DNA from: the human T2T-CHM13v2.0 reference genome, Homo sapiens | Length of the DNA stretch: 64,000 nt | Reading direction: 5' to 3' (one strand) | Assembly: GCF_009914755.1 (NCBI RefSeq) | Contig: NC_060947.1 | Part shown: in pieces, positions 15,766-27,100 of the stretch | Position numbering within the stretch: the stretch's first letter is position 1 | Layout: every line of letters starts with the position of its first letter | Position numbers and translations under genes: made by a program | Notes under the pieces: generated by a model | Database searches by the model: none | What the model saw: the letters and a program-made list of their open reading frames with translations, nothing else | What the model was told of the DNA's origin: nothing

Positions 15766-16071
15766 TCTCTAAATAGGGCTAATGAGATGTGTGGTTAGAT
15801 AGTACATTTGACTTGGTGTTCACAGGGTTAACCTGCATTTCCATTATCACAAAATGCCTAATGCATGTTTGCATACTTAAGGTGTTAATACATATTATAG
15901 TTTTCTCCCCCTTTTTGATAAAAGAGAATTTAATAAAGGTAACCGAATTACCGAGAAATATAATCCAAAAATATGTCTTGGATTTTAAATTATTGGTGAA
16001 CCTAACTACTGAGAATGTAAGATGTGTTCGGAATGTTTAGGTCAATTCCAGTCCTTAAGCTCTGTAATGAA

Positions 16072-16115
16072 CAGCAGTAGGTCTTTTTTTTTTTTTTTTT
16101 CAGCAGTAGGTCTTT
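16072..16115 (-). mobile_element. Solo poly(A) retroposon insertion with 15-bp TSD
   Basis: cagcagtaggtcttt (16072-16086), then T14, then cagcagtaggtcttt (16101-16115). Confidence 0.7.
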
Positions 16116-16649
16116 CACTCACTGAGACCAATGTGATTTTTTTCCTACCTTGCATCTCTATTTCAGCTGAAAGGAAAAAAAAAAAGAAATTAAACAACAA
16201 ATGGTCTTTTTGTTTATCACTTGCAAGTTGCTTTAGACAACTGGCTTTTTGTCCAGTTGTCTTGTTTATCTCTCCCTGTGTTATGGTGATAACCCAAGCA
16301 TTCTAAAATCCCATCTGCAAAACCAGGTGGGAAACTAACACACCATTACTACATTCCTCTAGAGCCCATTTTAAAGAAGACTTTCACAGAAATAGATAAA
16401 TCCTTTCTCCCTTCCAAGGCCAACATAACTCAGGGCAGCGAGTTCAGACAAAAATTTCATTTATGGTTGGGTTGCCTAATCCCATCCCCTCTCCTAAAGG
16501 CCAGTATACCTCTTGAGTTGTTTGATGTTTTGAGAGAGGTCCCTAAGTTGAGAGACAGATATCAATTGTTTTATATACACATAACACACACTGAGTCAGA
16601 GAAGTAGAAAGAAGTAACTCAGTGGGCCAGTGCTAAAATCTTTGCGAAG

Positions 16650-17650
16650 GAGATACAGGCACCCGCGAACGCGCGCGGGCGCGCACACACACACAAACAC
16701 ACACACAAATACGCACACGCACAGCCAATCTATATGGCCTAGTGCCTTCCCTCAGGCTGTCTTTTTCTACTCTCTTTTTGCCTGGATCCACGTGTTGGGG
16801 GAGGGGACCAGAGACAAAGTTCCGCAGTGCTTTCCTCCCCCTGCAACTCAAGCGAGGAGGTCGGGACTTCTCCTCCCCTCCCCCTCCCAGGAATGGCCCT
16901 AAGCATATCTCCTCCAGCTAAATCCTCCTTCCTCACCCAAGTCTGATTGATGCTAACTAATGTCGAGTTAGTTCCTTTAAAGAAGTTATCTTGCTACCAA
17001 GTGTGAGCCAGTCCATACCGGAGGTGGAGGACGGGGGGCGGGGGCCCGGGGGCGGGGGGCGGGGAGAGGGGGACGAGGACGGAAGGTGAGGAAATGGAGC
17101 TGGGAGTGGCACCTCACACCAAACAAAAACGACGATCGTTACATTGTATTTAATTTCTAATTAATCCTCAAGAGAAATATAGCCGTTTTCCTTACCAATG
17201 GATCCCTGTTCTTACTGTGGGTATCTCGCGCGCGCGAACGGTCCCCACCTTCCCGGAGCCTCGCAGCTCTAAGGAGAGCAAGGAGTCCCCAGATAACTAT
17301 TTAGTATAAACAAACCGTGTGGCTTTAATGGAATTACCTCAGCCTGCTAGTAAATAATTTATAGTAGGCAGTAAATAAAATATGGTTTTACGTCTTTAAA
17401 AGAGTTGTCAAGTGGAAAACACCCACCAGAGGGACATAAACCCCGAAGACTGCCACGCTTAAAGACGCCGGTTGGGATGACAGCCGGGTGGAAAGACATG
17501 ATTTTCTACCCCGAAGGAAGACGCGGGTGCTGCCAGAGCCAGAGCGGGCAGCTCTCAAAGAAGGTTCCCGCATGGAGAAGGAGCAGAGACAGCCTGTCTT
17601 TGTCACTTAGCAGAGGGGCAACGGATTAAAACGCAAAGGGAGGAGGTGCA
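16650..17650. promoter_or_regulatory. CpG-enriched segment with GC boxes and a G4 motif
   Basis: CG runs at 16670-16684 and 17226-17237; a run of GGGCGG boxes at 17033-17071; undepleted CpG. Confidence 0.6.
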
Positions 17651-17912
17651 CTCTCATAATGGTACCTTCTACTTAAAAGCCTAGACGCTCTCAAATTCGT
17701 TATCACACTTAATCCTCGCCACCAGTCTTCCAGAAAGACCAGGCCGGAGCCGTGTTTCCCATTTTGCCGATGAATAAAAATAAGGCTCAGAGGCTAAGGG
17801 ACAGTGGCTGTGTATGCTTGCTGGGCACTAAATGGGACGCGGGAATCTAGGTTTTTGCAGCTCTGGCCCGCGCAGTTCTTCACCCAGGTGCCCCCAGGAG
17901 TAGCTCGCCTCT

Positions 17913-17913
<1 letters not shown>

Positions 17914-17950
<37 letters not shown>
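17914..17950. repeat. (CA)n microsatellite
   Basis: About 17 CA units, seen directly. Confidence 0.95.
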
Positions 17951-19099
17951 GTCCAGCCCAGCACACTTGCCCAGTTTTACAACACTCCGGCATGTCTTCT
18001 TTTTTCGGTGACCTGAGAACCCTCTAATTAAATTTTCTGCCCCCCTCTTCCACGAATCACGCCCCTGGAAGGCTCATCCCCAATTCAGAGAGGAAGAAAG
18101 ATTTATGAGCCTCTCCTCAAGGTTTCCCCCAAGACAACCTTGACCATGAAACTAGAATCTTGAACACTTGACCTAAATTTCCAAGGGCATCTGTTTCCGT
18201 CTGTAATTGTCACCAGGCTTCATTTGAAATTCGATCCTGTGTCACTAATGGTATTAACAGGAGCTGAGGTCCAACCTTCCAACGGGAGACTGTTGCATAT
18301 GATTTTACATCCAAACGAAAGTAAATCAGTTTCTATAAACCTGCAGCAACCCCCTCCCTGAGTACAATAAAACTGTTGTCGCAATCAATAAATCTCTGGT
18401 TTGGGGCAATGAAAATTAGATAACTGTTCTCTCTCTCTTTCTGTCTCTTCTCCCCACCCCCCCACCCCCATTAAGACAAAGCCACTATTCAAAGAACGGG
18501 GCGTCTTGTTAACCATTTCTGAAGTCCCTCGCTGTACCCGGCGCCTTTCAGACACGCACCTCTCAGTCATAGGAGAAAACCAGACGTTTAATTACGGTGA
18601 CTTTTGTTCGATCATTACGGATAATAAAGACAACCTTTTCGCTAGATAACAATTATAACGCAAGCTGCTCCAACACCTGCACGGATCGCATTTGTCTCCA
18701 GCGTGTTTTTTTTTGTTTGTTTTTTGTTTTTTTTTTTTTTACTTCTCTAAACTGCCTTTGAATTTCCCCTTCTCTTCTGACCAGAAAATTTAATATGTTG
18801 CAAGAGATAGATTTCACGAAAACGCGTTGTCCCTTCTGTAGCTACATCTGCTCCGACCTATTAAGAAAAGTAAGACATTTTGATACTAATTGCAAATAAA
18901 TTGTGATGTGTTCACCGAGTAATTGATTTAATGAAGTTCATATGAAACTCCTGAGATTGGCCAAGTGAAAGGCCCCCTGGTGCTTCTATTGTGGAGGGAA
19001 AGGAAGGTTGGTTTTTCGTTTTCTTTCTTTAAAAAAAAAAAAATAGAGGTGGCTTGGAGGGAGGAAGGGGATGGGGGAGGGGGTGGGCACAGATGTTAC

Positions 19100-22000
19100 C
19101 TCCACAGAGGCAGCTCCGTGGCGGGAACGAGCAGCCAGATAGTCCCTCCCTCCCGTCGGCGTCGGCCGCTAGCCGCCAGCCCGGCTAAACGAGGCGCAGG
19201 CTGCCGCTCCCAGCCTCGGGCCCCGGCAGTCGGTTGAGCGCAATTCAGGGGCAAACGTGGGCCAAGGAGAGGGTCAGTGCGCGGGCCGCCCGCGTCCTCC
19301 GAGTTGCCAAAGTTGCACAGGGCGCTGCCTCCGGATCCTGTTCCCTCGCTTCCTGAAGTGCTCGACGATGGCCTCTAAACCTCTTTATCCGGCTAGAGGC
19401 CCAGAGGCTAGGAGGGGCCCCCAGGCGGCTCTCCCCTGAGTCCCGGCGCCCAGGTCCCAGTTGAGGCCAGGGGAGAGGGCTGCGGTAGCTAGCACTACGC
19501 CACTCCGCGTGCGGGCCAGGGTCTCCAAGGTTCGGGTCCCGAGCTCACCCCACAAGCAAGAATATACGGACAATAAAGCCGCCTTCGGCCTCACGGGGGT
19601 TTTCCTTTTCAACCTTTCTGGCCAGCCACGTCGGCGAGTTAAAGGGCCGGGCGTGCATGAAGGGTACAGAGAGGGAATAAGACTTTTCTGAACACCTACT
19701 GTGTGCCAGACCCAGTGCTTCACAACAGTTCCCTTTCTCCAAGCAACGGTGGGAGGTATTATTGCTCCCTCTTAACAGATGTGGAAACTGAGATCGGACC
19801 CTTGACAGCAACGTGCCAACAATGCCCTGGCTACCCTGGGCCATCAACAAGCACGGCTCGTCGGAAAGGAGAAGGCAGATTCCCGCAAAACTGTCCCCAG
19901 TTTGCCCCAAAGCCCTCCAAATATTCCCCCCGGAGCATAGGGATACAAGGCAGAAACTGCCGCCGGGCCCCGCCCATATCTCCTAGTTGGCGGAGCACAG
20001 TCTCCTGCTCGAGTTTGAAATTTTTGTTTCGTTTTGTTTTAAAGAAAGAAGACCTCTTTTGAATAATCAGAGCCCTAGCTGAGCTAGCGAGTGGCTCCAA
20101 GCTCCTCGGAGTTGCCCTGCAGATGAACTTTCCCTGAGTTCTTCCTCCCGGGTCGCGGGTCCCCCTAATCTGGGTCCCAAAGTGCCCGCAGGAGACAGCG
20201 GTGCAAGGGTGGTCATGCTGACTCGGGTGTCGGGCGCCGCCAGAACCCACAAGCCAGAGTGCGTGGGAGACGGGGGCCGGAGGGATGCCCCCTCCACCCT
20301 CTCAGCCCACTTCTGGGAGGCCGCACCCGCTCTGCGCCTTGAAGAGACCGCCCGCAGCGCGAAGGCGGGTCCTCACCCGAGGATGTGGCGAAACGCTTAA
20401 CACCCAGGCAAATGCAAATGGTCAACGCTGGGGTCTGACCGAGGCCAAATTATCTCCCCGAGAGGCAAAAGCAGGCGCGAATGAAGGCGAAGAGACCAGC
20501 CCCTCGCTTTCCGTTTCGACATTTGCAACTGTACAGCGCTCCACCCCCAGCCCGGGGGGAGGGGGGCTGGGAAGCCAGCAGGGCCTGCCTGGGCCGGGCC
20601 GCCAGAATGCCACCTTGTTCTGGGTGGAAACTGGACACTAAGTGCCCAGCCTGCTTCTTCCAGGGAGCTCCGACACCACGCTCTATCAGAACGTGTCCGG
20701 CGCTGGCCCACCCTTGCCGCTGCTCATGGCCCGCCGTATTCGTTGTTCGGCCCGAAGAACTTCCCCTTTTGCTTTGATGCGGGCTTTTCCTATGTTTTTC
20801 GGGACCCAGAACGAGGAGGGGCTAGGCCATCTCGCCCTAGCACGGGGGAACCCAGCTAGATGTCCTTGACCCCAGGGTTAGCGTTTCTGGGACCCAAGAG
20901 AGGTCTCATGGATGTCTGGGCCCCTTCCCTCACCTCTGGGTCCTGGAGTAGGTGAACTGGAAGCAACTCTCTCCCGCTCCATGTGACAAGTACACTTTCT
21001 TGGGTCGCAAGTCCGAGCCCTCCCCTCCTGTTCATCACAAACGGCGGCCGCAAGGGCCCGGGGCGTCGAGGAAGGGGTGGGCTACAGCGCCGCGGGCTAG
21101 GGAGGCCACGGGGCATGGGCCACAAGGATCTTCGGGATTGTTGAGGGAGGCGCCCGTTGGGAGAGAAAAGTTAGAATCTGAGCTTGGCCAGCCGGGATTG
21201 TTTCGGGATGACCTTTTCTTCCCAATAAGTGGGCACCAGCTGCTGATAAAGGCGGGAGAGGGACACTCAGCCTTTGTGAACACTTTCCACATTCCTGGGG
21301 CCAGGAGATTGACAGGGGCCTTAGAGGGTATGGAGCTCGCGGCATCCCGCTTAGTTTGAAGTTGCAGCCTTCGCACCCCAAGACTTCCCCCTTCCCCAGG
21401 GATCAGCTGCAACCCCAATCCAGGCGGCCCGCTCCCCCTGCCGCAGCGCCCCCTACGGTCTGGAGGTGGGCCCTGAAAGGTTCCGACGGGCGCGGGGAGC
21501 CCAGGGGTGGGGGCCGGGGAGGCCGAGGGAAGCTGGTGTGCTCCGGTCCCCGTCTGAGAAGCGGTCACCCGCTGGGGCTTGGCTTCTGAAAGTGCGATTT
21601 AGGTAGCTGGGAGTGGAGATTTACGATCCTGGAGGACAGAGCGTGAAAGGGTTATCATCATCAGTTTTGACTGAAAGAAAGAAAACATATCTTTAACAAA
21701 AAGAAGGGCTCTTGCCATTCACCCGCGTTGTTAGGACAACGTGAACTATCCTTGAAATGATTAGTTCCACTTCAAAGGAATTTACATTCAACAGTGAAAA
21801 CTCAGCCTCTTTTTATTTATTCGAAAAGACTTTTCACTACGGAGAAAAGTCTTTCCTGCTATTTATTTTTCCGCGTTCACGGTGCACTTGTATTAAATCA
21901 ACAGAGACCGCGCAACGCACTCAGTATGCGGACCAGTCCAGGGTTCCGGGGACGCAGGGGTACAGGTAGAGCGGGGGAGGGGGTTGTTGGGGTTGGGGTT

Positions 22001-22650
22001 TGCACCACGCAGGCACCTGCCTGGCCCAGGGGATGGGGTGGGAAGCAGTGGATCAGGTCTGGGGCCGTGGGGGGAATGCAACCGAAGAAACCTCACCCAA
22101 GCCCAGCCCAAGTGCAGTAATCAGAGATTTTGAATGCTCGCGATTCTCATAGAGCCTGGCACTCTCTACGTCATTTGTGGAGAAAGTGGACCTGAAGTTC
22201 CCCAGCGACACCTTAGGAACATCTGTTAAAAACTGATCAGGTTGGCGTAACTTCGCTGGGCAAAATTAAAGCCTATCTCCACAAATTGAGAAGACAAATC
22301 CCACCTCTTAGTAGCTTGGGACGTTTGCTCACACACACTCTCTCAGGGCCCACACCTCCGCGCCCCACCCCCCACCCTCAGGTCGCCAATTGTCGCCAAA
22401 TCCAGGAAACCTCTACCCAAAGGAACAACAGCACTAAGTTTACGAGCGGCGCGTCCTCCCGGGGCGGGGGAGGGGGCGGGGGAGGGGGTGGGGAGTTGGG
22501 GAATGCTACCCCTCTAACTGTCCCCGGAGTGCCTTGAGCTGTGGCTGGAATACTTCCCACCTCCTCCGGAAACGAGCAGCAGCAACCAACTCTCAGCTTC
22601 ACCTCACACACCCACCCGCCCAACCCCATTCCCACCTCCCGCAGCAAAAT
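19100..22650. promoter_or_regulatory. CpG island with no associated coding exon visible
   Basis: High GC and abundant CpG over about 3.5 kb, contrasting with the CpG-depleted flanks. Confidence 0.85.
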
Positions 22651-23169
22651 CTTTTCTTCAACCCAGGGCTAAGTTTTTCTCACCAAGGACAATGATGTTA
22701 AGCTTTCCCTTGATGGTCTTTTCCAGCTTCTAATTAAATAGGAAAAAAAAATCTGGGTTGGACATTGGATTCAAGTTTTTCTACCATTCCTTAACATATC
22801 TGGATTTGTACCTGGCAACTGGCCCCATATCTTGAAATATTGTCAACATGAATCGTAACAGTTGTCCTTTCTAACACAGTTTTTGGACGGCTCCTCAGTA
22901 GGTTCAGAAGCAGTGACCACAGGCTGCTTGGCTGGGAGTTAAAGGTGGCCGCTGTTTGCCACCTGGTAACAAAGATGTAAGTTGGAGCAGTGACTGGGGC
23001 AAGCCCTTATTCTCCTGTGTTTCAGGTTGAATAAGAACTCAGGTTTTGTTCACCATTCTGGAGCTACTCTCATGTTCCTTCTTCCTCCTGGATCTTCCTG
23101 GGCTTATTTCACCTTCTTGGTCTGAAGGTTTCCTTTGTTTCTTCTCTTGCTCAAACCTAATCCTGAGGC

Positions 23170-23250
23170 ATCCCCTGCTCCCTCCCTATCTCTATCCCCT
23201 GCTCCCTCCCTATCATCTCCTGTTCCCTCTCTATCTCCCTCCCTATCTCT
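23170..23250. repeat. Short tandem repeat, 21-bp unit x about 3.5
   Basis: atcccctgctccctccctatc at 23170 and 23194, with a degenerate copy at 23215. Confidence 0.75.
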
Positions 23251-23596
23251 CTAAATCTCTCTGGGACATTTCCTGTCCTTCATGAGGAATCAAACTACAG
23301 TTACACTTGAGTCAGAATCCCAAGCAGGAATGTGGATTTGCCAACTCTCCCAGGTGGTTGAAGAGAATGTGCAGAGAATCATGAGATTCCAACCCCCATC
23401 CAGCCCCATTCCCAACTAGATCTATGCCTTAATTCTAACACTGAGCTCCTAGAGACTTTCAAATGGGTTGATGTTTGTTCCTTAGTGGTATCTACTTTTC
23501 TCTGCAGGTGGCAAACAAATTCCAGTGTCAGCACCAAGGTCTGTCTTTGTGGGGTTGTATGTAGCTTTAGAGGTGCCTCTCTTGATCTCAGGCAGT

Positions 23597-24180
23597 GAAG
23601 AAAGAAAAAAAAGAAAAAGAAGAAAGAAAAGAGAGAAAGGGGAAAGAAAAAGAAAGAAAGAAATAGAAAGACAGGAAGGAGGGAGGGAAGGAAGAAAGAA
23701 AGGAAGGAAGGGAGAAAGAAAGAAAGGAAAGAGAGAAACAAAGGAGGGAGGGAGGGAAGGAAGGAAGAACAAAGGAAGGAAGGAAGAGAAAGACAGCAAG
23801 AAAGAAGGAAGGAAGGAAAAGAAAGAAAGGAAGAGAAAAAGAGTGAGAAGGAAGGAAGGAAGGAAAGAAAGAAAGAAAGAGAAGAAGAAAGAAAGCAAGG
23901 AAGGAGGAAAGGAATAAAAAAAGGAAGGGAGGGAGAAAGCGAAAGAAAGGAAAGAAAGAGAGAGACGAGAGAAAGAAAGAAAGAAGGGAGGGAGGGAGAG
24001 AAGGAAGGAAAAGAAAGAAAGAAAGAGGAGGGAAGGAGGGAGGGAAGGAAGGAAGAGAAAGAAAGAAAGGAAAGAAAGAGAAAAAAGAGAAAGAAGAAAG
24101 AAAAAGAAAGAAAAAAGAGAAATAAAGAAAGGAAGGAAGGAAGGAAGGAAATAAGAGAAAGAAAGAAAGAGAGAGAGAAT
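23597..24180. repeat. GA-rich polypurine low-complexity tract
   Basis: About 580 bp of almost pure A/G (GAAA, GGAA and GGGA units). Confidence 0.95.
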
Positions 24181-27100
24181 ATGAGAAAGGGAGTGGGAAA
24201 GGAGAGGCCCTGATAGAAAGCAATGCTGGGAGAGTGCAGCCAGGCCTCCAGCTGAAAAGGCTTGAGAATGAGAGGCTTGCAGCTCCCAAGGCAGCTCTGG
24301 TGGGGGGAGGGTAGGAAGAGGCATGTGAGAAAAGTGACACATCCTAAAGCACACCCCAGGAGAGCTAGGGATCTAGGAAGCACTCAAAATGTATTTCCAA
24401 TTACTTTTCATGCTCTCAGAAAAGGGGCTCCTTTTAAGTTCTATTTTAAAAGCTTGTTATTGTACTGAGTTATAGTCCACATTTTAAAGCACTGTTTATA
24501 TGTTTTAACTTTTTATGTAGAGTGGGAGGATGGTAAATGTTAGAAATGTAGTTTTCTGAAAAAATATGTAGAAAATCAGAACTTGGAAACTTCTTTAATA
24601 ATAGCTTCTTTCCTCATTATAAGGACTAATACAAAGTATCAAAGACATTGATTTGCCATAACATTTTAAGAGTCTTTATAAGAGATAAATAAATTCTTGT
24701 TCTTGCCTTGGTTCCATGTAAGGTATCTCTCAGGTAGCTGAGGCTCTAAATGTGCAAGTATGAGTTGTTTGGACATGACTGCAGAGCAGACATCCAGTCA
24801 GCAGAGGGCACACTCGTCACTCTCAAACCCTATTTCCAGATTTGGAGGTGACAATGGTAGGTACAGGCAAGAATGGTGGGCATAATCACATTGGAATAGG
24901 GCTCAAGTGGAGATCTAGAAAATGAGAATAGTCATTTTCTCTTGAAAGTAAACACAAAGACAGCTCACACACACTCTCAAGAGAGGACATATTGATATGT
25001 TTGACAACCATGGAGTCCCCCCAAAATAAAAGTGTCTCAGGACTGGAAAAAAGGGCCTTTAAAAATCTTGGTTTGGCTGACTGGCAAGATGGCCGAATAG
25101 GAGCAGCTCCGGTCTGCAGCTCCCAGGGAGATCAACACAGAAGGCAGGCGATTTCTGCATTTCCAACTAAGGTACCCAGCGCATCTTATTGGGACTGGTT
25201 AGACAGTGGGTGCAACCCATGGAGGGTGAGCCAAGACAGGATGGGGCATCACCTCACCCCGGAAGTGCAAAGGGTCTAGGAACTCCCTCCCCATAGTCAA
25301 GGGAAGCCATGAGGGACAGTGCCATGAGGAAGGGTGCATTCCGGTCCAGATACTATGCTTTTCCCACGGTCTTCAACATGCAGACCAGGAGATTCCCTTG
25401 GGTGCCTACACCACCAGTGCCCTGGGTTTCAAGCACAAAACTGGGCAGCCATTTGGGCACTGAACTAGCTGCAGGAGTTTTTTTTCATACCTCAGTGGTG
25501 CCTGGAGCACCAGCGAGACAGAACCATTTACTCCCCTGGAAAGGGGGCTGAAACCAGGGAGCCAAGTGGTCTAGCTCAGCAGATCCCACCCCCAGAGAGC
25601 CCAGCAAGCTAAGATCCACTGGCTTGAAATTCTCGCTGCCAGCACAGTAGTCTGAAGTGGACCTGGGACACTCAAGCTTGGTGGTGGGGGGAGGGACGTC
25701 CGCAATTACTGAGGCTTGAGTAGGCGGTTTTCCCCTCACAGCGTAAACAAAGCTACCAGGAAGTTTGAACCAGGCAGAGCCCACCGCAGCTTGGCAAAGC
25801 CGCTGTAGCCAGACTGCCTCTCTAGATCCTCCTCTCTGGGCAGGGCATCTCTGAAAGAAAGGCAACAGCCCCAGTCAGGGGCTTATAGATAAAACTCCCA
25901 TCTCCTTGGGACAGAGCACCTGGGGGAAGGGGTGGCTGTGGGTGCGGCTTCAGCAGACTTAAACCTTCCTGCCTGCTGACTCTGAAGAGAGCAGCAGATC
26001 TCCCAGCACAGCCTTTGAGCTCTGCTAAGGGAGAGACTGCCTCCTCAAGTGGGTCCCTGACCGCCGTGCCTCCTGACTGGGAGACACCTCCCAGCAGGGG
26101 TCAACGGACACCTCATATGCTGGCATCTGGTGCATGCCCCTCTGGGATGAAGCTTCCAGAGGAAGGAACGGGCAGCAGTCTTTGCTGTTCTGCAGCCTCT
26201 GCTGGTGATACCCAGGGAAACAGGGTCTGGAGTAGACCTCCAGCAAACTCCAGCAGACCTACAGCAGAGGGGCCTGACTGTTAGAAGGAAAACTAACAAA
26301 CAGAAAGGCATAGCATCAACATCAACAATAAGAACGTCCACACAGAAACCCCATCCGAAGGTCGCCAACATCAAAGACCAAAGGTAGATAAATCTATGAA
26401 GATGAGGAAAAACCAGTGGAAAAAGGGTGAAAATTCCAAAAACCAGAATGCCTCTTCTCCAAAGGATCACCACTCCTCACCAGCAAGGGAACAAAACTGG
26501 ACAAAGAATTCGTTTGATGAATTGACAGAAGTAGGCTTCAGAAGGTGAGTAATAACAAACTCCTCTGAGCTAAAGGAGCATGTTCTAACCCTATGCAAGG
26601 AAGCCAAGAACCTTGAAAAAAAGTTAGAGGAATTGCTAACTAGAATAACCAGTTTAGAGAAGAACATAAATGACCTGGAGGAGCTGAAAAACACAGCGCA
26701 AGAACTTCCTGAAGCATATACAGGTATCAATAGCTGAATTGATCAAGCAGAAGAAAGGATATCAGAGATTGAAGGTCAATTTTATGAAATAAAGTGTGAA
26801 GACAAGATTAGAGAAAAAAGAATGAACAGGAACAAATAAAGCCTCCAAGAAATATGGGACTATGTGAAAAGACCAAACCTACATTTGATTGGTGTACCTG
26901 AAAGTGACAGGCCAACATTCAAATTCAGGAAATACAGAGAACACCACAAAGATACTCCTTGGGAAGAGCAACCCCAAGACACATAATCGTCAGATTCACC
27001 AAGGCTGAAATGAAGTAAAAAATGTTAAGGGCAGCCAGAGAGACAGGTTGGGTTACCCACAAAGGGAAGCCCATCAGACTAAGAACAGATCTCTCTGCAG

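Noticed and set aside
18965-22647. Many overlapping 60-177 aa ORFs in the CpG island, including a possible ZIC-like gene remnant
   Set aside because: Expected from high GC content. No C2H2 zinc finger, HTGEKP linker or other domain is visible.
23379-24383. Longest ORFs in the track (334, 290 and 250 aa, F/L/S-rich)
   Set aside because: Artefacts of the stop-free CT/GA low-complexity tract, which is open in all three minus frames.
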